The notes under the pieces: model-generated | Told to the model about the DNA's origin: nothing | Database searches by the model: none | The model's input: the letters and a program-made list of their open reading frames with translations, nothing else | Shown: one piece after another, positions 28,333 through 37,004 of the stretch | Numbering within the stretch: position 1 is the first letter of the stretch | Layout of the letters: the number at the start of each line of letters is the position of its first letter | Translations under genes and position numbers: made by a program | Source of the DNA: an uncultured Clostridia bacterium | GTDB taxonomy: Bacteria > Bacillota > Clostridia > Christensenellales > UBA1750 | Assembly (NCBI GenBank): GCA_947625765.1 | Contig: CANQPP010000001.1 | Coordinates: 7,763 to 71,762, forward strand | Length of the DNA: 64,000 nucleotides | Direction: 5' to 3'

Positions 28333-28867
28333 CATCTTGGGCGTCGTGTGGCGCCTGGTCGTGCTGATGGTGGCCGCGGGCCTGTGCTTAGGGCTCACCA
28401 ACGCCGTGACCGTGGACCGCATCGCCGTGCAGGAGGAGCAGACGGCCCAGGCCCTGCGCCAGGCCGTGCTCCCCGGAGCGGACGGCTTTGAGGCGATGAA
28501 CATCTCCGAAGGCGGCGTGAAGGAAGTGTACCTGGCCAGCGCCGCGTCTCAGCCCTGCGGCTACGTCTTTGAGATGCTCTCCAGCGGCTTCGGCGGGGAA
28601 ATTTCCCTGACCGTGGGCGTGCAGGACGGCGCGGTCACGGGCGTGCGCATCGCCTCCCACTCGGAGACGCCGGGCCTTGGCGCCAACGCGGACTCGGACA
28701 GCTTCCTTGGCCAATTCGCCGGCAAGAGCGGCGAGATCGCCGTCATCAAGAACGCGGAGCCTGCCGAGGATGAGATACTGGCCGTGACCGCCGCCACGAT
28801 CACCTCGCGCGCGGTCACCTCCGCCGTCAACGAGGCCCTGGCCTACTACCGGGCCAACCTGGCCTGA
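28325..28867 (+). CDS. rnfG: Rnf complex subunit G
   Basis: 180 aa. N-terminal TM helix and FMN-binding motif SHSETPGLG. Overlaps the rnfD stop. Confidence 0.92.
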   Translation: MRDILGVVWRLVVLMVAAGLCLGLTNAVTVDRIAVQEEQTAQALRQAVLPGADGFEAMNISEGGVKEVYLASAASQPCGYVFEMLSSGFGGEISLTVGVQDGAVTGVRIASHSETPGLGANADSDSFLGQFAGKSGEIAVIKNAEPAEDEILAVTAATITSRAVTSAVNEALAYYRANLA

Positions 28868-28890
28868 CGGCCGGAAAGGAAGGGAACAAG

Positions 28891-29508
28891 ATGGAAAAGT
28901 ACAAAAAGGTGCTGCTCAACGGCATCATCAACGAAAACCCGACCTTCCGGCTGGTGCTGGGCATGTGCCCCACGCTGGCCGTGACCACGGCCGCGGTGAA
29001 CGGCCTGGGCATGGGCCTTGCGACCACCTTCGTGCTCATCTGCTCGAACCTGGTCATCTCCCTCATCCGCTCCTTCGTGCCGGATAAGGTGCGCATCCCG
29101 GCCTACATCGTGGTCATCGCCACCTTCGTGACCATGGTGGACCTGTTTTTGAAGGCGTTCCTGCCTTCCCTGTCCGCCTCCCTGGGCCTGTTCATCCCCC
29201 TCATCGTGGTCAACTGCATCATCTTCGCCCGGGCGGAATCCTTCGCCAGCAAGAACCCGCCGCTGCTATCCATGATGGACGGGCTGGGCATGGGCCTGGG
29301 CTTTACCATCGCGCTGACCATACTCTCCTCCGTGCGCGAGCTGCTGGGCTCGGGCACCTGGTTCGGGCTGAACGTGCTGGGGGCCAACTACCCCAAGGCG
29401 CTCATGTTCGTGCTGGCCCCCGGCGGCTTCATCACTTTGGGTCTGGTGCTGGCCACCGTCAACAAGCTGTTAGGTCTTTGGGAAAAGAAGAAGAAGGAGG
29501 CGGCCTAA
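28891..29508 (+). CDS. rnfE: Rnf complex subunit E
   Basis: 205 aa hydrophobic RnfE/NqrD family (NPTFRLVLGMCPTLAVT..., LGLFIPLIVVNCII). Confidence 0.92.
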   Translation: MEKYKKVLLNGIINENPTFRLVLGMCPTLAVTTAAVNGLGMGLATTFVLICSNLVISLIRSFVPDKVRIPAYIVVIATFVTMVDLFLKAFLPSLSASLGLFIPLIVVNCIIFARAESFASKNPPLLSMMDGLGMGLGFTIALTILSSVRELLGSGTWFGLNVLGANYPKALMFVLAPGGFITLGLVLATVNKLLGLWEKKKKEAA

Positions 29509-29511
29509 ACC

Positions 29512-30090
29512 ATGGGAGACAATCTGTTTTTGATCCTCTTGGGTTCCATCCTGGTCAACAACTTCGTGATGAGCCGCTTCCTGGGCATCTGCCCCTTCCT
29601 GGGCGTCTCCAAGAAGGTGACCACGGCGGTGGGCATGGGCATGGCCGTGACCTTCGTCATGGGCGTGGCCTCCCTGGTGACCTACTTTATCCAGGTATAC
29701 ATACTGGACACCTTGGGCCTTCAGTACCTGCAGACCATCGCCTTCATACTGGTCATCGCGGTCCTTGTGCAGCTGGTGGAAATGGTCATAAAGCGCGTTT
29801 CCCCCTCGCTGTATAAGGCTTTGGGCGTGTACCTGCCCCTCATCACCACCAACTGCGCGGTGCTGGGCGTCACGATCCTCAACATCACCGAGAAGTACAG
29901 CCTGCTGGGCTCCGTGGTCAACGGCGTGGGCTCGGCGCTGGGCTTCACCCTTGCCATCGTGCTGTTCGCGGGCGTGCGCGAGAGGCTGGAGAACTCCTCC
30001 ATCCCCAAGGCCTTCCAGGGCTTCCCGTCCACGCTGATCGCGGCGGGCTTGATGTCCATGGCCTTCCTGGGCTTCCAGGGCCTGATCTGA
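29512..30090 (+). CDS. rnfA: Rnf complex subunit A
   Basis: 192 aa hydrophobic RnfA/NqrE family (NNFVMSRFLGICPFLGVS..., LGVYLPLITTNCAVLG). Confidence 0.92.
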   Translation: MGDNLFLILLGSILVNNFVMSRFLGICPFLGVSKKVTTAVGMGMAVTFVMGVASLVTYFIQVYILDTLGLQYLQTIAFILVIAVLVQLVEMVIKRVSPSLYKALGVYLPLITTNCAVLGVTILNITEKYSLLGSVVNGVGSALGFTLAIVLFAGVRERLENSSIPKAFQGFPSTLIAAGLMSMAFLGFQGLI

Positions 30091-30109
30091 CAAGGAGGAT
30101 ACGAGGTAA

Positions 30110-31090
30110 ATGCTGCTACAAATACTGATCCCCACACTGCTTTTGGGCGGCATGGGCGCGCTGTTCGCCGCGGGCCTGGCCTACGCCGGCAAGAAGCTGG
30201 CGGTGCCCCAGGACGAGCGCATCGACCAGGTGCGCGCCTGCCTGCCGGGCGCGGGCTGCGGCGCCTGCGGCTACACCGGCTGCGACAGCTACGCCGCCGC
30301 CGTGGTGCAGGAGGGCGCGGCCACGAACCTCTGCCCCGTGGGCGGGGCAGCCGCCGCGCAGCAGATCGCCAAGATCATGGGCGCGGACGCCTCCGAGGCC
30401 CCCGTGCGCATGGTGGCCACGGTGCTCTGCCGGGGCGACAACGACATGTGCCACAGCCGCTTTGAGTACAAGGGCCTGCAGGAATGCCGCGCGGCCTTCC
30501 TGGCCTCCGGCGGGGCGAAGGCCTGCAAATACTCCTGCCTGGGCCTGGGCTCCTGCGAAAAGGTGTGCGCCTTCGGGGCCATCCACGTGGAGAACGGCCT
30601 GGTGCACATCGACCCGGACAAGTGCACCGGCTGCAAGCGCTGCATCTCCGTCTGCCCCAAGAACGTGATCCGCTTGGAGCCCGCCGACCTGCGCTCCGTG
30701 CTGCGCTGCCGCGCCCTGGAGAAGGGCCGCGCCGTGCGCGACGTCTGCACCGCCGGGTGCATCGCCTGCGGCAAGTGCGAAAGGAGCTGCAAATTCGGCG
30801 CCATCACGCTGCAGGACAACCTGCCCGTTGTGGACATGGAGAAGTGCGTGGGCTGCATGGAGTGCGTGCGCGTCTGCCCCACCGGCGCGATGGACGGCGA
30901 TTTGAGCAAGCGCAAGAAGGCCCATGTGGACGCCGAGAAGTGCGTGGGCTGCACCATCTGCGCCAAGCAGTGCCGCTTTGACGCCATCCACGGCGCGCTG
31001 AAGGAGAAGCACTCCGTCGACCAGGAGCTCTGCACCGGCTGCGGGCTCTGCGCCGCCAAGTGCCCCAAGAAGGCCATCACGCTGGAGTGA
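30110..31090 (+). CDS. rnfB: Rnf complex subunit B with extra ferredoxin domains
   Basis: 326 aa. N-terminal TM helix, a CGACGYTGC cluster, then several CxxCxxCxxxCP 4Fe-4S motifs (CTGCKRCISVCP, CIACGKCERSC, CVGCMECVRVCP, CVGCTICAKQC, CTGCGLCAAKCP). Confidence 0.92.
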   Translation: MLLQILIPTLLLGGMGALFAAGLAYAGKKLAVPQDERIDQVRACLPGAGCGACGYTGCDSYAAAVVQEGAATNLCPVGGAAAAQQIAKIMGADASEAPVRMVATVLCRGDNDMCHSRFEYKGLQECRAAFLASGGAKACKYSCLGLGSCEKVCAFGAIHVENGLVHIDPDKCTGCKRCISVCPKNVIRLEPADLRSVLRCRALEKGRAVRDVCTAGCIACGKCERSCKFGAITLQDNLPVVDMEKCVGCMECVRVCPTGAMDGDLSKRKKAHVDAEKCVGCTICAKQCRFDAIHGALKEKHSVDQELCTGCGLCAAKCPKKAITLE

Positions 31091-31114
31091 TCCTCCGCAT
31101 CCAACGAACCCGCC

Positions 31115-31153
31115 GAAGCCCCCGGCCAGCAAACGCCGAGGGCTTCTTCTTTT
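31115..31153 (+). terminator. probable terminator of the rnf operon
   Basis: GAAGCCC (31115-31121) pairs with GGGCTTC (31140-31146), an 18-nt loop, followed by TTCTTTT. Confidence 0.5.
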
Positions 31154-31154
31154 C

Positions 31155-31720
31155 CCCAAAAGCGCCTTCTTTTGGGCAATTCAAGCACACCGGAACCACC
31201 CAAAGCCCCGGCTTCCCTTTCCTTTCAAAGAAAAAACCCGGCCTTATACGGGAAAAGCGCCTCCCGCCTTCCATAGAAGAAAACCACCCGGCAGCGCTCT
31301 CTTCGTGAAAAGAACCACCTTTCCCGCTTTTCTTTTCAAAAAAAGGCCCTGACTTCATAAAAAACGACCCAGCCCTTATAGGAAAACCGTCTCCGCCTTC
31401 ATAAGAAAAAGTGGTGCGCCTTTATTAAAAGCCGCCCGGCGGCGCTCTCTTCGTGAAAAGAACCCCTTTCCCGCCTTTCTTTTCAAAAAAAGGCCCTGTC
31501 TTCATAAAAAACGACCCCGCCTTCACGGAAAAGCGCCCCTGCCTTCATCAGAAAACCGTCTCCACCTTCATCAAAAAAGCCACTCGCCTTCATCAAAAAG
31601 CCGCCCGGCGGCACTTTTTTCGTGAAACGAGCCGTCTTTCCATGACTTTCTATTGAAAAAAGCTCCTACTTTCAAAAAACGGCCCATCTCCGCAGAAAAA
31701 CCGCCTCCCTTCCGCGCACG
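31155..31720. repeat. non-coding array of degenerate 21-23 bp A-tract units nested in ~147-170 bp higher-order repeats
   Basis: The CTTCA(T/C) core sits at 31353, 31375 (CTTAT variant), 31397 and 31420 (CTTTAT). It recurs at 31500, 31521, 31543, 31566 and 31588, with spacings of 21-23 bp. The longer block CCCGGCRGC...TTCGTGAAA begins at 31287, 31435 and 31605. A ~50-nt near-identical segment (TTTCCCGC..TTTCAAAAAAAGGCCCTGNCTTCATAAAAAACGACCC) occurs at ~31320 and ~31467. Confidence 0.85.
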
Positions 31721-31721
31721 C

Positions 31722-31761
31722 AAAAGGAGCCGGGACGGCTGCGCGCCGCTCCGGCTCCTTT
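31722..31761. terminator. bidirectional terminator after proS
   Basis: GGAGCCGG (31726-31733) pairs with CCGGCTCC (31751-31758), flanked by AAAA (31722-31725) and TTT. On the minus strand the hairpin is followed by TTTT. Confidence 0.6.
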
Positions 31762-31787
31762 GTGGGTCTATATGGGAAGTTCGCTCC

Positions 31788-33533
31788 TTACAGGCGGCAG
31801 TCCAGCTTGGCCAGCTCGTCGCGGACCAGCTTCTCCACGAAGTCCGCGACCTCAGCCACGGCGGGCTTTTCCTGCAGGCTCTTGTCGCGCAGGGAGACCT
31901 CCAGCGCGCCGTTCTTCAGGGCGCGGGGGCTGACCACCACGCGCACGGGCACGCCCAGCAGGTCCGCGTCGGAGAACATGACGCCGGCGCTCACGGCGCG
32001 GTCGTCCAGGATCACCTCGATGCCGCGGCCTTCCAGCTCCTCGTAGAGGGCCTTGGCCGCCTGCGCCACCTCGGTCTGGTCGGCGCGCAGCACACAGATG
32101 TGCACCTGCCAGGGCGCGATGGAGATGGGCCAGATGGGGCCGTAGTCGTCGCGGCTGACCTCGCACACGGAGGCGGCCAGGCGGCCCAGCCCGATGCCGT
32201 AGCAGCCCATGATGGGCGTCTGCAGGCTGCCGTCCTGGGCCAGGTAGCGCATGTTCATGGGCTTTGTGTACTTATCGCCCAGCTGGAAGATGTTGCCCAC
32301 CTCGATGCCGCGCTTTAGGTCCAGGCTGTGCCTGCCGCACTCGGGGCAGACGCCGCCCTGCTTGGCCTTGGCAACGTCAACATAGCTGACCTCGCCCACG
32401 TCGCGCCGGATGTTGAACCCGGTGTAGTGGTAGTCCTTCTCGTTGGCGCCGGTGGTCAGGCACTCGATGCCCTGCAGGGAGCTGTCGAACACCACGGTCA
32501 CGTTCTGTGGCAGGCCCATGGGGCCGCAGAAGCCCAGCACCAGGGGCGCGTTCTCCTCGTCGTACACGGCGGGGTGCACCTCGCACCCCAGGTGGTTGCG
32601 CAGCTTGGTCTCGTTGACGTCCAGATCGCCGCGCACGAAGGCCACCACGGGGGTATCGTCCGCGTTGCGCTGGTACATGACGGCCTTGCAGGTCTGCTCG
32701 GGCGTAATGTGCAGGAGCGCACACAGCTCCTCGATGGTCTTGGTGCCCGGCGTGTGCACCTTCTGCAGGGGCTGCTCTTCGCCCGGCTCGTTCTGCGTCA
32801 CGCTGGGCGCGGCCTCCATGTTGGCGCGGTAGCCGCACTCGGGGCACAGGACGATGGTGTCCTCGCCCACGTCGGTCAGCAGCATGTATTCGTGGGAGAC
32901 CTTGCCGCCCATCATGCCCGAATCCGACGCTACGGCCACCACCTGCGGGATGCCCACGCGGGCGAAGATGCGGTTGTAGGCCTCATAGCAGCGGGCGTAA
33001 TAGGCCTCCAGATCCTCCTGGGAGGTGTGGAAGGAGTAGCCGTCCTTCATGGTGAACTCGCGCACGCGGATCAGGCCGCCGCGGGTGCGGGGCTCGTCGC
33101 GGAATTTGGTCTGGATCTGGTAGATCATGAAGGGGAACTGGGTATAGGAGTCGACCACGTCCCGCGCCAGGTGCACGGCGGCCTCCTCGTGGGTCATGCC
33201 CAGCACCATATCGCTGCCGCTGCGGTCCTTAAAGCGCAGCATCTCGCTGCCGATGGACTCATAGCGGCCGGACTCGCGCCACAGGCTGGCCGGCATCGCC
33301 ACGGGGAAGAGCACCTCCTGGCCGCCGATCCTGTCCATCTCCTCGCGCACGATGTTCTCGATCTTGCGGATCACGCGCTTTCCGGGTGTCAGCAGCGTGT
33401 AGATGCCGTTGCCCACGGCCTTGATGTAGCCGCCGCGGATCATCAGCGCCTGGCTCTGGATCTGGCAGTCGGCGGGCGTTTCCTTAAAGCGCCTGGAGAC
33501 CAGTTCGGAAAGATACATCGGGTTCTGACACAT
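31788..33533 (-). CDS. proS: proline--tRNA ligase (bacterial type, with INS editing domain)
   Basis: 581 aa. Class II aaRS motifs are present (FRDEPRTRGGLIRVREFTMKD, GCYGIGLGR) with an insertion domain between motifs 2 and 3. Start is ambiguous between ATG 33533 and ATG 33518 (MYLSEL...); neither has a good SD. Confidence 0.92.
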   Translation of the reverse strand: MCQNPMYLSELVSRRFKETPADCQIQSQALMIRGGYIKAVGNGIYTLLTPGKRVIRKIENIVREEMDRIGGQEVLFPVAMPASLWRESGRYESIGSEMLRFKDRSGSDMVLGMTHEEAAVHLARDVVDSYTQFPFMIYQIQTKFRDEPRTRGGLIRVREFTMKDGYSFHTSQEDLEAYYARCYEAYNRIFARVGIPQVVAVASDSGMMGGKVSHEYMLLTDVGEDTIVLCPECGYRANMEAAPSVTQNEPGEEQPLQKVHTPGTKTIEELCALLHITPEQTCKAVMYQRNADDTPVVAFVRGDLDVNETKLRNHLGCEVHPAVYDEENAPLVLGFCGPMGLPQNVTVVFDSSLQGIECLTTGANEKDYHYTGFNIRRDVGEVSYVDVAKAKQGGVCPECGRHSLDLKRGIEVGNIFQLGDKYTKPMNMRYLAQDGSLQTPIMGCYGIGLGRLAASVCEVSRDDYGPIWPISIAPWQVHICVLRADQTEVAQAAKALYEELEGRGIEVILDDRAVSAGVMFSDADLLGVPVRVVVSPRALKNGALEVSLRDKSLQEKPAVAEVADFVEKLVRDELAKLDCRL

Positions 33534-33587
33534 CCTCTCTTCTGGAAGCGGCCCTTTCTCTTCTGGGGCCTTTCATCGCTTATTTTA

Positions 33588-33624
33588 AACATAAGAAGCG
33601 CGGCGCACGAAGGAACGCCGCGCC
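33588..33624 (-). terminator. terminator after the metallophosphoesterase gene
   Basis: GCGCGGCG (33598-33605) pairs with CGCCGCGC (33616-33623). On the minus strand it is followed by TTCTTATGTTT. Confidence 0.5.
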
Positions 33625-33649
33625 TGATCTTTATACTGGTTTGGGGCTT

Positions 33650-34384
33650 TCACGCCTCCGCGCCCGCTTCGGGCAGCGCAAGCAGCGTGCTCAAGTCAGC
33701 CTCATACAGCTTGAAGCCCAGCCCGTCGCTGGAGACGTTCCTGTACAGGACGCCGCCCATTTCCCCGTTGAAGGCCTCCTTCAGGGACGCGCCGTGCAGG
33801 TGGCCGTAGAAGCAGGCGCGGGCGCCGTAGGCCTCCAAAAGCTCGGTGAAGCCGCTTTCCCGCCCCTCCTCCTGCGTGGGGGGATAGTGGAGCATGGCAA
33901 GCAGCGGCTTGTCCGGCGCGACGGCCCTGGCGTGCTTAAGGGACAGCTCCAGCCGCACCAACTCCCGCTTGTAGAGCTTCTCGTCCTGGCCGCCCTTGCT
34001 GCCCGGCCGCGGGATCACCCAGCCTCTGGAGCCGGCCACGACGAAGTCCGGGAAGTCCAGCGCGTCGTTTTGCAAGACGAACACGTTCTCCGGCACGGCG
34101 GCGCGCAGGCGGCTCACGGAGGGCCACCAGTAGTCGTGGTTGCCGCGCAGCAGCGCCTTCTTCCCCGGCAGGGCGAACACGGCGCTCAAGTCCGGCAAAG
34201 CGTCCTCGAAGCTCAGGGCCCAGGACAGGTCGCCGGGCAGCAGCACCAGATCCTCCTCGCTCACGCGCTCCCGCCAGTCGGCGGCGATCTTCTCGAAGTG
34301 GCCGTCCCACTGGCTGCCGAACACGTCCATGGGCTTATCCTGGCCGCCGGGCAGGTGCAGATCGGCGATGGCGAACAGCCGCAT
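33650..34384 (-). CDS. metallophosphoesterase (calcineurin-like)
   Basis: 244 aa. Motifs DLH (AIADLHL), GDLS, GNHDYWW and GHLH, in the order typical of the family. Confidence 0.85.
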   Translation of the reverse strand: MRLFAIADLHLPGGQDKPMDVFGSQWDGHFEKIAADWRERVSEEDLVLLPGDLSWALSFEDALPDLSAVFALPGKKALLRGNHDYWWPSVSRLRAAVPENVFVLQNDALDFPDFVVAGSRGWVIPRPGSKGGQDEKLYKRELVRLELSLKHARAVAPDKPLLAMLHYPPTQEEGRESGFTELLEAYGARACFYGHLHGASLKEAFNGEMGGVLYRNVSSDGLGFKLYEADLSTLLALPEAGAEA

Positions 34385-34388
34385 GGGC

Positions 34389-34805
34389 TTAAACGTCCTC
34401 TTCGTCCTCCTCGTCTTCGCCGTCCTCTTCCTCCAGCTCGTCCTCTTCCTCGTCCTCGTCGTCCATGCTCAGCTCCCGGTCGATCTCCTTGAACTCGGCG
34501 CTGGGGATGTCCTGGTCGATGGAGATGGCGATCTCGTTCATGCCGCTGGCCATGTCCAGGCCGGCCACGTCCTCGGCGGCTAGGGCCTCATCGTCGGACT
34601 CGGCGCGCTCCTGGCGGTGGATCTCCTTCAAGCAGAAGGCGCACAGCTCCTCGCCGGGCACCACGGGATGCTCGCCGCACTCGGAGCAGAGTTCGATGTC
34701 CTCCCTCTCCTCCTCGCCGCGCATCTCGCGCTTGCAGACGGTGCAGTATTTTTCCGTATCGGGCATGTAATTCAGTTCGCAGCGAGGGCATTTGATCAAG
34801 GCCAT
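34389..34805 (-). CDS. zinc-ribbon protein with strongly acidic C-terminal tail
   Basis: Trimmed to MALIKCPRCELNYMPDTEKYCTVCKRE...CSECGEHPVVPGEELCAFC (ATG 34805, GGAGGA SD). Two CxxC pairs occur twice. The last ~35 residues are almost all D/E (DDEDEEEDELEEEDGEDEEDEEDV). Confidence 0.6.
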   Translation of the reverse strand: MALIKCPRCELNYMPDTEKYCTVCKREMRGEEEREDIELCSECGEHPVVPGEELCAFCLKEIHRQERAESDDEALAAEDVAGLDMASGMNEIAISIDQDIPSAEFKEIDRELSMDDEDEEEDELEEEDGEDEEDEEDV

Positions 34806-35107
34806 GGATGCAGGTCCTCCCGTCGTTTTTCCGCCAAAACGGTTTGCTGAAAGCGGGCCCGGCTTCCGCCGCGGGCGTTTTTCCCCGCATTTAGACACGC
34901 GGAAAAGCAAGACCCCTTTTCTCGTGCAATAGTATATACCCTATGCCCCTGCCGCGCAAGGGTCGAATTTGTAAGTTTTAGGGGAAAATGCGGCCCGCGC
35001 CCGCTTTTTTCCGAAGCGGCCATAAAGAGCCCGGCGAAAGACGCGGCGCGGGGCTTGAAAAATGCCCTGCGCCGCTTGAAGTCAAAGGGAGATCGCCCGC
35101 GCTTTTT

Positions 35108-35626
35108 TTAGGAGCGCACGGGGTCGTACTGCACGCCGAAGGTCTCCACGCTCACCTTTTTCATGCGGGGCAGCACGCGGGGACGGTTCATGAAGCGGTC
35201 GATCACGGGGGTGTTGACGATGGCGTCCACCGCGTCCATGCCCTCGGTCACCTTGCCGAAGGCGGCGTAACCGCCGTCCAGGTGGGGCGCGTCGTCGGTC
35301 ATGATGAAGAACTGGGAACCGGCGGAGTCGGGCCGCTGGCTGCGCGCCATGGAAAGCACGCCGCGGGTGTGGCGCAGGTCGTTCTTCACGCCGTTCATGG
35401 CGAACTCGCCGCGGATGGTGAAGCCGGGGCCGCCCATGCCGTTGCCCAGCGGGTCGCCGCCCTGGATCATGAAGCCGGGGATCACCCGGTGGAAGCCCAG
35501 GCCGTCGTAGAAGCCGTCCTGCACAAGGCGCACGAAGTTGGCCACGGTGTTGGGGGCGATGTCGGGGTACAGCTCCGCCTTGATGACGTCGCCGTTCTCC
35601 ATTTCAATGGTCACGATGGGGTTCAT
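35108..35626 (-). CDS. ppiB: peptidylprolyl isomerase, cyclophilin type
   Basis: 172 aa. ...FHRVIPGFMIQGGDP.GNGMGGPG...SMARS..PDSAGSQFFI is the cyclophilin signature. Confidence 0.9.
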   Translation of the reverse strand: MNPIVTIEMENGDVIKAELYPDIAPNTVANFVRLVQDGFYDGLGFHRVIPGFMIQGGDPLGNGMGGPGFTIRGEFAMNGVKNDLRHTRGVLSMARSQRPDSAGSQFFIMTDDAPHLDGGYAAFGKVTEGMDAVDAIVNTPVIDRFMNRPRVLPRMKKVSVETFGVQYDPVRS

Positions 35627-35674
35627 GGGTCTTTTTTTCCTCCTTGGGCGTGTCTTTTCCGGCTTATCTCCGGC

Positions 35675-36982
35675 TTAGTGGTAGGCGGGCAGCCAGCTGC
35701 CGTGGGCCTCGATCAGGTCGTCGCACAGGGAGACGATGTCGTCGATGGAAAGCTCCGAGGCGGTGTGGGGGTCCATCATGGCCGCCTGGTAGATGTAGTC
35801 CTTGCGCCCGGTGAGCGCGGCCTCGATGGTCAGCTGCTGGACGTTGATGTTGGTGCGGTTCATGGCCGCGCACTGCAGGGGCAGCTCGCCCACATAGGTG
35901 GGGGTCACGCCGGACTTATCCGCGATGCAGGGCACCTCCACGCAGCAGCCCTCCGGCAGGTTGGTGATCAGGCCCGTGTTGAGCACGTTGCCGCCGAACT
36001 TGAAGGGCTGGTTGATCTCCATGGCCTCCATGATGCGGGAGGCGTACTCGTGGGTGCGCTCGTGGGTCACGTCGTGGCGCAGCAGCACCTCGTCGCGCAT
36101 CTTGGCCCAGGCCGCGATCTGGTTGACGCAGCGGCGGGGATACTCGTCCAGCGGGATGTTGAAGCGCTCGATGAGCTCCGGGTACTTGCTCTTGATGAAG
36201 TAGGGCATGTACTCCGCGTTGTGCTCGGAGGACTCGGTGACGTAGTAGCCGAAGCGCTTCATGATCTCGTAGCGCACCATGTCGCCGTGCTTCTCGGTGC
36301 GCTTTTCCGCCCTCTCCTTGATCTCGGGATAGAGGTCCTTGCCGTCACGGCTGATCTCCAGCAGCCAGGCCTGGTGGTTGATGCCCGCGATCTTCCACTG
36401 CACCTGCTCGTCGTACTCCATCCCCAGGCCTTCCATCAGCCTCTGGGCGCAGACCTGCACGCTGTGGCACAGGCCCACGGTCTTGATCTTGGTGGCCTTG
36501 AGCATGGCGCCGGTGAGCATCGCCATGGGGTTGGTGTAGTTGAGGAACCAGGCGTCGGGGCAGACCTCCTCCATGTCGCGGGCGAAGTCCAGCATCACGG
36601 GGATGGTGCGCAGGGCGCGGAAGATGCCGCCGATGCCCAGCGTGTCGGCGATGGTCTGGCGCAGGCCGTACTTCTTGGGCACCTCGAAGTCGGTCACGGT
36701 GCAGGGCTCGTACAGCCCCACCTGGATGGCGTTGACCACGTAGGACGCGCCGCGCAGGGCGTCCTTGCGGTTTTCCACGCCCAGATAGGCCTCGATGGTG
36801 GCCTTGCCGCCTATGTTCTGGTTGAGGTTCTCCAGCATGCGGCGGGACTCCTCCAGCCGCTGGCCGTCGATGTCATACAGGGCGATGACGGAATCCTCCA
36901 GCGCGGGGGTCAGCATGGAATCCCCCAGCACGTTCTTGGCGAACACGGTGCTGCCCGCCCCCATGAATGTGATCTTGGGCAT
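35675..36982 (-). CDS. melA: GH4 alpha-galactosidase (MelA-like, NAD/Mn-dependent)
   Basis: 435 aa, closely colinear with E. coli MelA as I recall it: PKITFMGAGSTVFAKNVLGD, YEPCTVTDFEVPKKYGLRQTIADTLGIGGIFRALRTIP, NYTNPMAM, VGLCHSVQ. Confidence 0.9.
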   Translation of the reverse strand: MPKITFMGAGSTVFAKNVLGDSMLTPALEDSVIALYDIDGQRLEESRRMLENLNQNIGGKATIEAYLGVENRKDALRGASYVVNAIQVGLYEPCTVTDFEVPKKYGLRQTIADTLGIGGIFRALRTIPVMLDFARDMEEVCPDAWFLNYTNPMAMLTGAMLKATKIKTVGLCHSVQVCAQRLMEGLGMEYDEQVQWKIAGINHQAWLLEISRDGKDLYPEIKERAEKRTEKHGDMVRYEIMKRFGYYVTESSEHNAEYMPYFIKSKYPELIERFNIPLDEYPRRCVNQIAAWAKMRDEVLLRHDVTHERTHEYASRIMEAMEINQPFKFGGNVLNTGLITNLPEGCCVEVPCIADKSGVTPTYVGELPLQCAAMNRTNINVQQLTIEAALTGRKDYIYQAAMMDPHTASELSIDDIVSLCDDLIEAHGSWLPAYH

Positions 36983-37004
36983 TGTTTCTTTTTCCTCCTT
37001 CTTT

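Noticed and set aside
31453-31656. 67-aa ORF (and neighbours 31060-31308, 31077-31358) inside the rnfB-proS spacer
   Set aside because: The K/F/P-rich translations are produced by the A-tract repeat units. There is no SD and the frame is not preserved between repeat copies.
31155-31720. Possible CRISPR array
   Set aside because: The repeats are degenerate, only ~22 bp including their spacing, and have no unique spacers of constant length. No cas genes are nearby.
33534-33649. T-box leader upstream of proS
   Set aside because: Only ~115 nt are available, and most of that is the terminator of the upstream phosphoesterase gene. This is too short for a T-box, and no specifier or T-box sequence was seen.
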